From Klebsormidium nitens (Eukaryota; Plantae; Klebsormidiophyceae): a DNA stretch of 64,000 nucleotides. The notes below the pieces were generated by a model, which saw nothing but the letters and a program-made list of their open reading frames with translations, did not search any database and was not told where the DNA came from. Positions 1-13,385 of the stretch are shown piece after piece. Positions within the stretch are counted from its first letter, which is position 1. Each line of letters starts with the position of its first letter. Location of the stretch: positions 69,542 through 133,541 of the forward strand of contig DF237180.1 of NCBI GenBank assembly GCA_000708835.1. The letters run 5' to 3'. The position numbers and the translations under genes are program-made.

Positions 1-553
1 AGGAGCATATATTGAAGGACTCGAATCTGCTCACTTCCATAAGTTCAGAAGATGCTAAACCCCAGACACTGGTTTCGGTTTTTCAGCTCTTTAGCTTCAC
101 CTTTTGCAGCATCTTTCATCTTGCTTCTGTTGACACGTTTCTTTTATGCCGTTGGCAGAATTGTTACGCAATTTGCTCATGCTTTCATTTTCTGATAGCG
201 AGTTGCCGGTTGGTCTTGGTGTCTTACTTGGTAGAAAGATCTGGGCCTGTCAGATACAATCTACTGAAGTTGGGCCTTTCTTGGAGGTATACAACCTCCC
301 CCTGGTGGTAGATAAGCGGCTTTGAATATGTCCTCGGAAGTTGAACTTTCCTCTGGGAACCTGAGGAGTTTTTGTGGATTTGTTTTCCACTCTGTCCGAC
401 CATCTTTCGTACACCTTTCAGTGATTGAGCAGATCATGTCCGCAGCAACAATTGCAATTGATCGGGCTTGCGGGTGAACAAGGTGCCAGTCTTGCAGGCT
501 TACAAAAGCTGCCGAAATCTTCGTACTGACCCCCCTCTGACCATCTCTTTCAG

Positions 554-3500
554 GCAAGAGTTTGCTGCCCTGAACGAGCAGCGCCGGGAGCTTGAGTTCC
601 TGGAACGGGGGGGCAACCTCCTCGACTTCGACTTCACCCCCCTTCCCTCGACGAACGGCATCATCCACAAGCACCCCCCCATTCCGGCGGCCGCGGAACA
701 CAAAGAGAAGGCCGGTTTGCACCCCCGAAATGGAGAGACTCTGGCGAGCGAGCGGGACGGGAGTCGGACAGCCAGCACGAGCGGGCAGGAAAACAGGGTG
801 TTTGCGAATGGTCTCTGGAGGGGGCAGGGCGTGGTTTCGCGGGACAGCACCAGTCCGGAGAGGTTGAGAAGCGCCTTAGAACTAGGCGCGACAGGTCTCA
901 GCGCGTGGGGAGGCGGAGATCTGGAGCCTGGAAAGAAGGAGGGGATCGGGGTACTGCCAAACGGATTACTGGCGTCAGCTGCAGAGGCGCTGATGTCAGC
1001 GGGCACTCGGGCAGGCTCGGTGGGCCTCTCCGAGACCACAAACGGGAGCCACGTGACAGGAGGTTATCCAAGCGACGTTGCGATGCTTGACGTCAGCATG
1101 GTCCCGCTGACGTCACCCGTGCCTCCAGGGGCTGATCTCGCGTTTGTAAAGCTCCCAGGGGACGAAGTGCTCCCTCAGGTTCCGGCGCTGACGTCATCGC
1201 CGATTCTCGACCCCCTTCCCGCCTCCGTAGCCCCCCCTCAAGTCGCAATTCTGCCCCTCCCAGCTGAGCTGAATAAAATGCCCCTAGAACCCCCCCCAGA
1301 AGTGGCACTGGTCGTTGTTGGCACAGAACCCCCTGAAAAGAAGAGGTCGCACCATGGGGGCTCGGTAGGGGTGATGCATGGGGCACGGTTGGGGGACAAG
1401 GGCGTGCCGATGCCGTGGGAACAGACGGAGGGGGGGCTCCTGGCGAGGGAAAAGAAGAGGTTGGCGATGATCGAGAGTGCAAAGCGGGCGCACGAAGACT
1501 GCATACTGGAGGAGGCAGAGATACTCAAGGTACAGCTTTTGCATCGTTGTTCGCATTTAGAAGAGCATCAATACTGAAGACGTTCAAGCAGCCTTTCGGT
1601 ATTCTTAGTTTTCGAGCGAGCAAGAAGATCCCGGATCCAGGGTTCATGAAACTTGTCGATTCGAAGTATATCAGAGTTCAGGAACTGAGAACCGCGGGCT
1701 TGGAGAATTATATACTTGGAAGAGCCACTTCTGGAAGGTGTTAACCATATTTGCTGACGTTCCGAACCTGCAAAACAATGGGTCAACAACCAATAAGGAA
1801 TCTCAGTGTGAAATCCCAGCTTGAACGTTTTGCTTTCCGATGAAATACCAACATCGTGACAAGCTGATCTGAACTGAGTGCGTCTTCATCTAGTAACATT
1901 TCAACTTCACTCCGCACACTTAGAGACCTGACAGACGACCTGATAGAGATAGTGTGTCGGTGCAACTCGATTGCCCGGTCTTAGCTGGTTGAGCATCAAA
2001 CGCGGATGAGCGAACGTTGATACCAAGCTCTCAGAGTCTCTGCTCCTTGGTCAGGCTGCTCGAAAAGCAAACCTCGAGATCTCGCGGCGGAAGCCAGCAG
2101 CGGAGCCCCCCCGGTTCAAGACCCACTGGGACTACGTGCTGGAGGAGATGACATGGATGGCCAACGACTTCCAGCAGGTAAAACCCACTCGAATCCCTGG
2201 GAAAGCTGTTGGCATCATCTTGATTGTACCTATAGTCTCCGCTGGTCCAGGCTGGTTCCAGACAGTAAGCATCAGGTTCGCAATGGGGAGTCTCAAAGAG
2301 TTGGTGATTCTTTCCGTTCTCGTTGACTGTCACGCAGCGTTTGAAATGACTACTGCTGCTTTGTAGTCGTGTTCGGGTTGCTGCTGCTTTGAGCACTTGC
2401 AAGCAGCAAATGAGACGCTCCTTTTCGGCTTCCCTTCTCAGGAGCGAGTATGGAAGACGACGGCAGCCGCGAGCGTGGCCGGCTGGGTGCGGGACGACTT
2501 TCTCGCAAAGGCCAAGCCCACAGAGGACCGCGAGGAGCTACGCAGGATCGTGGCGCGAAGGGCAGCCGAGGCGGTCTCGGGCTTTTGGTACGGTGTAAAA
2601 AGGCTCGACGATGATAAGGCCGGAGAACTAGAGGGGGGGTCAAAAGACGTGCAAGCCGAGGGAGCGAGGCCGGGGGTCAGCTTGGAGTCACAGGGGTCTG
2701 GTGCCAGGAACAAGAGCGGACGGCTGAAAGGCAGGGAAGTGACGTCACCTGGGAAGGGGGAAACAGTGGAGAAGCCGATGAGTGGGGCGGGGCATGCGGG
2801 GGTGCTGAAAGAGGACGGGCTGCCGACGGGGGTGAATCCGGACGGTATTGTACAGGTGTCGGTGCCGGAAGTGGGTCCGACGGAGGCGGAACGGGAAGAG
2901 GCCCCGTTGGAGGAAACGGGGTCGGTTGAGGAGTATGCGTTGCGGGTGCTTCGGGAGCAGAAGGGGCCTTCCGATGGGCCGGGGACGCCGGAGCAGGACT
3001 GGGAACGGGGGTGCGCGGTCCTAGAGGACCCGTTGATGTGGTTCGTACCGAAGGGAAGCATGGCGGCGTACCGGGCGCTCGTGGAGCGGGAGCAGAAGGA
3101 ACTAGAGGCGGAGCACGAGAAGCGCGTGCGGGAGCACGAGTCGGCGGTGGCGAGCGCGCAGCGGGAGCTGGAGGCGGAGGAAGCGACTAAGGCGATGAAA
3201 GACGCGGGGCTGAATCTCGACTTCGAGAATCAGTACGATGCTCTGAACGCGCTGAATGTTGACTTTGATGGGCTGGAAACGGCGCTCGGGGAAGGCGGTT
3301 TGGGTCTTCTGGTTGGGGACGTTGGCGTTTCGGGCGGGGGAGATATGGTCGATCCGTTGGGAGACATTCCGCTCAGTCTGCACAACGACTTCACGGTTCC
3401 GGGGATGCCGGTCGTGAATAAGAAGAAGCGAAAGAACGACCGGAAACGGAAGAAGCACCACCGGCTGAAGGAGAGAAACGAAGACGAGTTTGGGGAGGCG

Positions 3501-6500
3501 CCGACGCCGTCGCAGTCAGGGAACGTGTCGGGAAGTTTGGCGGAGGATGCCGAGAACGGGCTGGACTTCAGGAACGAGTATGGGCAGAGTGCGGAGGTTT
3601 TCGAGCGGCCGGTTGTGCAGCGAGCGTCAGAGCCGACAACCAACAATAACAGTCACCCGGGGACGCCGGCCGGGTTGAATCCTACGAAGCGGAAACGGAC
3701 GGACCGGGGCCGGCACGGGGTTAAGGCGGAACCCAAGGCGGTTAGCGAGGAGACTGCAAACGGGGCGGGGGGCAGCGTCGAGCGGAAACGGGCGGACTCG
3801 GATAGCGATGACGACAATCCGATCGGGCACTTGATACGGGAAAAGAAACGAGAGCGGGGCGATCCGGATGAAACGCAGCCGTTGGCAGTGCGGATACGGA
3901 AGAAGAAGCGGAAGGACCTGAGCAAGATTGTGGACTCGCTGAGAGGGGAGTCGCCTGCAGAGGAAACTCTGGAGGCGACGAGGCTGAACAGCGGGCAGTA
4001 CGCGAAGAAGCGGATACGGGTGAGGGGCCGCTCAAAAAGTTGTTGAATTCATTCGTTGGTTCTTTTCTTGGACGCAGTCCCGAAACTGGCTGGCGTTAAT
4101 CGTTTGGCACAGTCCTTTTTGGACCTATACCGACGTTTCTGTTGGACCTTTCAATCAGTTCGATGTACAATGTCCTTTAAACTGGGCTCTTCAAGAAGTC
4201 GTGTTGCTGTCATCCCTGTCGATTTTTATTCAGCCCTCTGCGAGTCTAAGCCCGAGGAATGTCGTCTGATTTGCAAGCTCCCCCAGCTCCCTGCAACGAT
4301 AGTGGGGAAGAGTTCAGAGAGTTGTGCAACGGCTTGCGCCTTGGTCCATTGACTGGTCACCAAAGAGGGCGTTCTCAGCGGCCCCTAGAGTTCGTCTGAC
4401 CCCCTCCACTCGCCCAGAATATTCTTCATCGACAAATTTGTCCAGGCTTGTCACCCTTTTTCTTTTTTAACACCGCATATGCACCATTTCTCGTTTTTCC
4501 TGCTTGCAGACGAGCAACAAGCAGATCCGCATCCCGTCCGATTACGACGACAACGAGGACTCGCCCCTCTCACTGAAGCGCCCGTTCTCCCCGTCACCCG
4601 ACCCGGACCGCCCCATCTCCGCGAAAAGCAAAAAGCTCAAAAAGGGCCAGGAAAGCCCCGGGGCGTCGCTCAGGGGGGCAAAAGACCTGCCAACGGAACC
4701 CCCCGAGGACGACGACGAGCCGCTGCTCCGGCCGAACAAGAAGAAGAAGAAGAAAAAGCAGGAGGCGCCGCTGCCGCTGCAGCGGATCTCGCCCAATCAG
4801 GAAGGGGTGCACGTGCCATGGGCACCGGGAGAGGATGCGGTGAGCAGGGGCTATAGGAATTATGTTTCACCAGCGTTTGTTTGCGGGCTTATTTTGCAGG
4901 TTCTTGGGATTGAAGTCTAGCATGTCGGCCTTGAAAGGTACTTCAATTCAAGGTTCTTGCAATATCGTCTGTTTCGTATCAAAGTAGTAAAGGTGTCTGA
5001 GTCTCCATAAAATGCAAAGCTTTCCTTTGGACGTTTGACTTGAGAAAGCATACATATGAAACAGAGCTTCTTTCCTTCCACGGTCTACTGGCCGCAATGT
5101 ATCCGAGTTGGGCCGAACTGGCCAGTACTACGAAATGACCTGCTAAGTGCAATAGTACCCGACTTGGGCCAAGTTTTCGGACCACCAGAGTGCACCCTCA
5201 AGCTTTTGCCCGAGTTTCTTTGGACTGTTGCACGTTTGCCCGAGTCTCGCAATTTTGCGTTCACCTTTCGTTAGATTCTTCACGCAACATGCCATCTTGA
5301 CAAACGTTCATCGCTGTTTTGCAGATGCTGGCTGCGATTGTGTCCGAGTTGGGCCAGAACTGGAACCTCGTCAGCGACACGCTAAGCGCCACGGTGGCCC
5401 TGAAAGGCGTCTACCGGCAGCCCGCCCACTGTAAAGACCGCCACGCCGCCCTCGCCGGCACCGGGGAGAACGAGCGCCTCTCCCCGGAGGAGGCCGCCAT
5501 AGCAGCTGTTGGGCTCACCAAAAAGGTGAGACCGATCATATCTTGGTATTTTTTTATTTTCTAGATGAGAGAGAGAGAGAGAGAGAGAAAGCACGGCACG
5601 CCAGGGAAGAGCCTTGAAGAACAAGCTACTACAAGCTCCGGTGGTTCAAATCAGATTAGATCCAGACCCTTCCTCGTAGACCAATCGTTGATTTGAGGTT
5701 CGACGAATGGAGGACTGCTAAGGACCCAGCTAAGGGTCATGCTCGTTTTAAATGTCAAGAACTGGCCACACATGTGCTAGGCAGTAGACAAACTCGGGTA
5801 GCTGGTTCCCTTTGTATTTGGCTCTGTTTCATCTGTTGCACGTATCTGAGATGCACTCAAGATTCGAGTCTCGTCCCTTGCCTCTCGAAAGCATGCCGAA
5901 AACGAGAAGCGTAATTCTTGTTTGGATTCCGCATGAATGGAGGTTTTTGTAGCAGGAAGCCATCTCTTTCAGGATGGGAGCTTGAGCGTTTTGGAATCAA
6001 ATGAGCTCTGCCACTGGCGAATTGCTCACTGATCCTCGTCTTTGTCCTTGCTCTTGCAGCATGCGGCACGCGAGCTTTTGGCGACCCACGGCATGGCCGA
6101 CGACGAGACAATCCAGAAGCATGTAGAGCGCATTGTACAGCTAGCGAGCAAGCACAAGACTAGGAAGGCACAGGTAAGCGACTTTCCTTGTCTGCTGCCT
6201 CTTCATGCATGTCTGTTCTCTATAATTTGTTGACTGTTTGCAGATTGGTCGCTGGCTTGCTAGTTGACACAGATAATCAGCACAACATTGGAGCGACGTC
6301 TTTGGCTTACTGCATCTGTTCTGTTGACAGCATTTTTTCCTCTAGTATCTCCTCTAGTATTTCCTCTAGTAGTGTGGGTTAGGCTTGAGTCGATTATTGC
6401 TGGAGTTCGTCTCTGTGGCAGTATTTGTATCACTCTGCTTGTTGAGTTAAAGACAAAAGCCCATGCACAATCAAAGGCTTGTGGCTCTTCTTGGTATGGA

Positions 6501-9500
6501 TGTTCAAAGCAGTCTCACGGTGTTTTGCCACTGGCTAGACTTGGGAAGCATGGTTGATCACGGCCCCGCACAAAGCATCATCGCAATCTCGGGTCGTGTC
6601 AGCTCACATACTCCGTCGTGTCTTTGTGTGCAGCAGGATGCTCAGAACGAGAAGGGGCGGGTGCACTCTCCGCACCCATCCCACCAAGCATGCATGGCGC
6701 AAGCCATGGTCCCCAATAAAGGGTTGTTGAAGTGAGCACCTCTCGCCCGTGACTCTGTGGAGCCCCGTCTTTTATTCTCGAATAGACTGTTCTGGATAGT
6801 CTATTCTTAAGGAAGCAGAGGGAGAAGGCGCGTTGTGATCCTTCAGCATTCCGAAAGGCTACTCTACGAACGTTTGTTGCTCGAGTGGAACCCAGCCCAC
6901 TGTCAGAAATTTCGTCCCTGTGCCTGATTAGATTTACTTGCCTTCATTTAGGCAGGCCTCTTGAACGGGACAAAAGCCTGTTATCGTCCATTACTACTTA
7001 GATTGGCTCACGATAAAATTCACAGCAACAACAGTAAATTCGAGTTGATTGTATCCTATGCCCCTTCTAGTCGAGCGAGTGTCCATCCACATCGGCTCTA
7101 CTTGCTCGACATGAACCAACGATGAATGATTCTCAGCATCAAACCTAGTTGTAAAGCAAAATAGAACCCAACGCAGCTGTCTCCACAGGTCCCTTCCGTT
7201 TATGCAAGCGAATCCCTATTACAAATTAGAAAGTGTTTTAAAAGTAAACCCTATGCATCCTTTTCCACAGCCCCCTCGAGTTGTGCGAGCGCCCCTCCGG
7301 CGTTGCGAGCGGGGACGTGCCGGCGCTCCCCCCGGGCGCGTCGTACCTGGCGAGCATGAGCAACGGCTCCTCCGGCGACTTGCAGCACCTCTCCTCCATG
7401 CTGCCCCCTGGCGTGCAGCTGCAGCGCCCGGTGCAGCCCATGCAGCCAGGCCTCCACATAGCGCAATCGTGAGTCTCTCTTTTCGGGGGGGTAATCTGGC
7501 TTGTCTGTAACGGGTGGGCAAGCTGTGCAGCCAGGCACTCACATGGAGCAGTCGTGAGTTTGTTTTCCCGGGGGGGACTGGCAAGGTCCGCTGGCAAGGT
7601 AGCTCAGTCAGTGCGGCTCGCAAGCCAGCTCCGCACACTGCGACTTGAGTTGTTCCATGAGAACGGAGTTGCACGGGCTCAGAACCTGATGACTTGATGA
7701 GATGCTTTGGTTACATATCGAAGCACATTCTCGGAGGATGGCCTTCTCGTGAGTATGTGCAGAGGTTGGTTTTCCTGAGATCCGGGTTCTTGTTCAGCCG
7801 TTTTCAGTCTCTTTCCCTCTTTCTGTAGTTGAAGACTTGCTTGGGGGCAGAGGACCCTCCGTGCGATCAGAGCCAGGCCTTTACAGCGTGCGACCCTAAC
7901 TTTGACGCATTCCAGGTGTTTGTAAAGCGATAGTGTCCTGATCTGTCTTCGGCGCTTCTGGACGCTTTTCGGTCGTACCCGTCACTCACTTAGACGCCCA
8001 AGCCCTATCTCCAAGGCCTGTGCGGTCTTCTCAATGCCTGGGCGCTTATCTCGGACGCTTCTTTCTGCAGTGGCACCACGCGCCAGATGACCGCAGACCA
8101 GGTGCGCCAGCTGCGCTACCTGGCGCAAGCCAAGCTGCAGCAGCAAGCGGTTGCTGCGGGCAACGGCAACAGTCCCAGCCTCGAAGCCGCTGCCTCGATG
8201 GGGCCCCCCGGAAGCGCCGCCACCGCCGCGCTCCTGAACCGGAACCTGAGCCTGGCGGCCAACCGGAGCTCGCCAGGTGGCGCCGGCACGATGCTGCCAC
8301 CTGGCACGACGCAGCTCCAGGGGAACGTCCCGAAGAGGAGGCCCACGACGGCGGCGGAGGCGATCGATCTGGCGCGGAGCGGGCGGCTGACGGAGCAGCA
8401 GAAGCAGCACATACTGCAGCAATTGCAGGTGGGGTCTCGTTCAGTGGTCTTGGATTGGAGAGTGGTGGCGTTCCGCTCAATACTGAAGCCATATTTTCAA
8501 ATAAACGTTCGCCCCGGATTTGGAATGAATCATACTCATACCAGCTCCAAGCTTCCATAAGCTTTCCCACCCGGCTCTTGGTGCACCGACCTATTTGTGA
8601 TTGACAAAAGCAGCGTGATGTCGTAAAGGTAGGTAGCTGGGACATGCACGGGGTCCTGTTTTGTACGGAGTTAATTCGGACGTTCTTACATCTACAGGGA
8701 GGGAGATACTGCAGGTGCAGGGGTTGGGTTTGAGTGCTGGCTCTTCAGCAACTCCTACACACTCTTAGACCCCCTAAGGACCCGCTTCCGTTAGGATCAG
8801 TATCTTCCAGAAGTTGAGCAGACCTTGACCCGCTTCTTCAGCCAAGCCTTACGAGCGTTTCAACATCCCCCTTTTCCTCCATTACAGGTTCAAGCAGCGA
8901 GCGGCAATTCGACGGCAGCGGCCGCAATTGCGCAGCTCATGAGCATCACCGCAGGCGGGGGGGCGGCGCCCAACTCGCAGCAGCAGCAGCTGTCCCAGGC
9001 CATGGCCGCGCGCGCCCGTCAACTCCAGGCCCAAAACCAGACGCAATTGGTGCAACAACAGCAGGCCAGCCAGGCGCATCTGCTTTCGCACGGCCTCGGG
9101 GGGGTCCAGGGGCGCGTCCCCCAGATGCAGAAGCAAGGCTCCGCGATGGGGGGAATGAACAAGCTGGGCCCTNNNNNNNNNNNNNNNNNNNNCAAGCTGG
9201 GGGCCATGGGGCGGGGGGGGGGCATGATGAGCTTGCAAGGCGGGGGGGGAGGGATACGGCTACCGCAGGGGATGACGGCGCAGGCGCTCGCGAAGACGAT
9301 GGCGATGGCGCAGCAGGGGGGAGCGCAGGCGAACATGCTGCTGTTGCAGAACCAGTTGGCGGGCCAGCAGTTGGCCAACAGTCAGCAGAAGCTGTTGGCG
9401 CAGCAGAGGCAGCAGCAGCAGGCGCAAGCTCAAGCCCAGCAGCGGCAGCAGTTCGCGCGCCAGCTGTCAGCGGGCAACTTACCGAAGCTCCAGAATCAAG

Positions 9501-10357
9501 CCCCCCCTCAGCCGCGCCAGGGGGGCCCAGCAAACGGGCGCCAGAGCCCCCGGCTAGGGTTCAGCCAAGGCCTGGTGTCCCCCCTCTCGCAAGGGATCAG
9601 CGCGCCTATGATGACGTCACCCCAAGGTGGCGGAGTCACACAGGCGCTGTCTCCCGGGGCCACTGCCGGTGCGAACGGGCCCCAGTGGCGGTCCACGCAG
9701 ACGCTCACTCCGATGACGTCGGGCCTGTACAACCTCTCGCGGGGGGGCGACGTCAGCGGGGGTGCGAACGCCCCCCGGTTGCAAATCCCGCCCACGAACC
9801 TGAACAGCCCCCGGGGCGGGACCACGCTGCTGTCGCCGGCTCAGGTGCTGATGTCGGCAGAGCGGCCGGAGAGCGCTGCGCGGACGGCGATGATGTCAGC
9901 GAGGAGGAACGGGAGCAGCGGGGACGTGCAGGAATTGCAGCGGCGGCTGTCGGCGGGGCAACTAGCGGGGGTGAAACCCGAGCAAGGGGGCCAGGGGGCG
10001 TCGGAGGGGGGGGCCGCCGGCCAACTGCAGGTAGGGGCCAGGACACTACCGCTTTCGTTCCGTGCTCTGATGCGAAAGTCTTAGTCGATGTCTGGTTCTG
10101 AGGACGGAAAGGGACTTTCTTGTGCAAAACGGAGTGAGCAATTCCAAATTTTCTACGACATGGCAAGCAGGGAGCAGCTAGCTCCATCAGGTGTCCTTTT
10201 TGGGGTTCAAGTATACAGTGGATTGTTTTGCAACTTCGATGTGGGGTTTTCGGCCTGAGCTGTACTTGGTTCTTCTTTGTGACCCTTGTGCTGAAGTTGG
10301 CCGGACCTATTTCCCTTGCAGGGCCAGTCTGATAAGAATCAGGGCGATGCAAGCTGA
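554..10357 (+). CDS. EAF1: Chromatin modification-related protein EAF1 (NuA4 scaffold; HSA + SANT/Myb domains, Q-rich C-terminus); 5'-partial, 11 exons in window
   Basis: Exons 554-1529, 2055-2177, 2442-4019, 4510-4839, 5325-5525, 6060-6173, 6634(or 6637)-6731, 7271-7468, 8071-8428, 8888-10030, 10322-10357; all GT-AG and phase-consistent. Plant EAF1 motifs: [95 protein letters not shown]...CKDRH, PLELC. The start exon was not found and is presumably upstream of base 1. Confidence 0.92.
5567..5588. repeat. (GA)11 microsatellite in an EAF1 intron
   Basis: Read directly from the sequence. Confidence 0.95.
6338..6372. repeat. Short tandem repeat, about 3 x TCCTCTAGTA(T/G) (12-13 bp unit), intronic
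   Basis: ttcctctagtatctcctctagtatttcctctagtagt. Confidence 0.75.
9173..9192. other. Assembly gap (20 N) inside EAF1 exon 8888-10030
   Basis: Run of 20 N flanked on both sides by CAAGCTGGG. Confidence 0.98.
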
Positions 10358-11427
10358 ATCAGTTAGCCGCCCCGAGGTACCCGAAAAGGCGTCCCTCAGC
10401 AAAGAATTGCTCAGGGCGCCTGTCTGTCCTTCCGCGCAAGGAAGCGTGAACTTGTGTGGACTTGAAGAAGCTTGTAAAATATGCCTCGACGACTTTGTAA
10501 AGCTGGGCCAAATGTGTCTAATCAAAAGCGCTTGCTAGCTTATGTTCAAAATTTACAACTGAAACTTCGGTCAAAGAAGTGTTACTTACCTTTGCTGCAC
10601 GCGTCATCACTGGTGCAACCACACCATGAGCAGCAACTGATTTGAGATTGATAATCTCAAGTTCCGTTACATCGCGTGAGACTCGCCCATAACTGCGCTG
10701 ATTCTGAGTTTCTGATCGTCTCGCCACAACATATCGGCCATATATCTCGTGACAAGCTATAAAATCGGCTGTATGCACATGACGTAAAGCCCGGCTGTAG
10801 ACACGTGACTGTATATGCACATAACTCAAAGTGCGGCCCTGCAGACATGTGCATGCATCACGTACTTTACACTGACTGGATGTCGAACATGCAACCGCTT
10901 GCAAGCTGCCGCACTGAGCGCGTGGTATGGTAGTGGGCCACCGAGAAAGCCCAGTGTCAACCTCAATAGATAAATAATAGGCGCAGTTTTGGACGTGGCT
11001 TTTGATACCTCGTATTTTCCCAATAAATTGCACATGATGTCTCAGATCCCCTTCACGACACATCTTCCAAAGATCCAAGTACATACCTTCCAAGAACCAC
11101 CTGTAAATGTGGAACTGGCAAAATAGCAGATTCGTTCTGTTTTGGAACAGCATAAACAAGTCCCCCGCTGAATGATTTCAAGAACTTAATCTACCGGTGC
11201 TATGATCTCTTAGGCGGCATTGCCCATACCTTTCTGCGAAATAACGTTACATCCAGTAGGCTGCGACACCAACCCTTAGTTCCAGGGATTTCAACTTGAG
11301 CTGATACACTTACAATTCTGGACTCTGGCCACAAATAGCGTCGCATGGTTTCCGTGGCGTGGCCATTCTTGAGCTGCAAATTACGATCAACAAGCACCGC
11401 TCAACCTCCAGCCTTTCTTTCAACTTT

Positions 11428-13385
11428 CTAAGATATGTTGGTCACGTCAGCCAGGTGGGGCTTCCACTTCTTGGCCACCTCTCTTCGTACCTTTGCTTCA
11501 TACTCGGACTTGCTCCGCCTGCGGATACACAAGCCTAGTAATGAGACACGATTTGCACCATTTTTTGCTAAGACGTGATGGTCAAAACTATGTCAAAGAG
11601 CAATTGGAAGAGACGAGATGTGTCATTCTTGTGCGTGGTCTCAAATGTTATCCTGCATCTTGCGTTGGACAGGCATGTGAAACCCTGACCTCAAAAAGGC
11701 AAAGATTGCAACACACACTTCTTTGACTGAGCAGTAAGCGGTGGGTCGACTCGACTCACCCGTATAGGTCATAAGCTGCCTGTTGCGCAGCATCAGCATT
11801 GTTTGGACTGTTGAGTAAGCTCTGGATCCCGCAAAGGATCTGCATTAAGACGAAGGCGAGAAATGCATGAGGATGCATGTGATGCATTTTCAAACATCAG
11901 CTCCAGACGCCAAGCACTCAAGCAATGTATTTGTACTTTAGACAGGCCGGCCAAACATGCCTGGTATCAAAGAACAACTATATCAACTTACCTGTTTGAC
12001 AGTGATAGACGGTTTCCAGGTTCCCTTGTTCTCGGGGGGGTTGATGATGCTCAAGCAGATCTTTCCAGAGGGGTAGACATTGGGATGGAAGAATCCAGCC
12101 GGAAAGGCGCATCTGCATGGAAGAAGGCAATGACTCAAATTACTGCTAAGATAGAAAGTTTGATAATCAGATGATGGTGCAAAGCTACAGCTAAACCTGA
12201 AGAGAGGAGGAGAGATTTACCAAGAGGTTTATGTGAGCACTTTGACTGATGCACTATGTTATCCAATGCTCTTCGTTGAGAAGGCAACACTGACACGGCC
12301 AGTCTGAACACTGAACTTGTTTCTGCACAAGCTAAAGAGGTTACTTGCACGAGGGGAATGAGATCTGAAGATTCGATGCTTACTCTGGGGACCTAGCTGG
12401 ATAGTCCGCAGAAAATTTGAGAGTCACTGGAAACGCGCCCCCTTCCCAAGGTGTCTGCATTTGATTGTGCAGCGTTAGACATCTCAAAGTTGCAGCTAAT
12501 AATGACACATGTGCCGGATCGAAGCTCACAAATGTTGTACCTTCTTCTGTTGGACTTTCCTTCTTATGTGTATTTGGTGGAAGGGATGCTTAATGTCCAC
12601 GATTGTCCACCAGAAGGCCCAAAAATTTGGGAGGAGTTTTGGCAACATCTTTGGAGCTCCACAAAAGATGGTTCCAAAGACTTTGGTCATTTCGAACTGG
12701 GGCCCTCATTTCAGGCTTTTGTGCTCTTTGAAAACTTCTTGTCATCCCTACCATATCTGCAAAATCCAAGATATAGAGCTGGGTGAAGTAGCTTGTGAAC
12801 TGCCGGAAAAGGAGGAGCGTACTGGGATAAAATGGAGATAGACTGGAGTTGGTTCGGCACCTGAGGTAGTTGGCAGAACTCGCGGAATTGAGGTTGCTAT
12901 AAGTGCATTTAGCTGGATTGTTGACCTGTCTGCGTACAGTATGCAACGAGTCCTGTCATCCCACATACTTTTCAAAGTGAAGCTGGTGCGCGAAGTTTCA
13001 TCAGAAGGAATCAATGCAGATAAGGTGTTCTCTCATCCAAACGCAGTGTTTGGATGCGGTCCCATGATACAGATAGGACAATTGTTTTAGCTCGCTGTCT
13101 CAGAAAAAGGTGGTAAGCAAACTTGCATCACGAATAGCACGAAGAATACTTTCGTTCACCCAAGCTGCACAGAGTATGGATACGGTCACATTAGGAACTC
13201 AGTGCAGAAGAGAACAAGTTGGGTTAACTCACCTTTTCAGGGCCAGTGATCATGCACTCCCAAACCAGCAGGTTCTCTGTACCATCTGCTTGCTTCTTTG
13301 GTTTTGCCAACCACCCGTGGGGATGGTCCTTCCTCCATGCTTTTCGTTCCTGCATAAGTCGCGCCTGCGCCATCCCCTGTGCCAT
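11428..13385 (-). CDS. SCE1: SUMO-conjugating enzyme E2 (SCE1/UBC9 family), 5 exons, 171 aa
   Basis: Exons 13385-13233, 12454-12384, 12112-11992, 11839-11760, 11518-11428 (516 nt). Translation [29 protein letters not shown]...[97 protein letters not shown] matches UBC9 hallmarks (ERKxWRKDHP, [13 protein letters not shown] with the catalytic Cys). Confidence 0.95.

Noticed and set aside
500-10352. Many long antisense or alternate-frame ORFs over EAF1 (e.g. 500-1039, 2438-3061, 8046-8645, 8946-9533, 9753-10352)
   Set aside because: Shadow ORFs of GC-rich, low-complexity exons; no recognisable motifs or independent splice structure.
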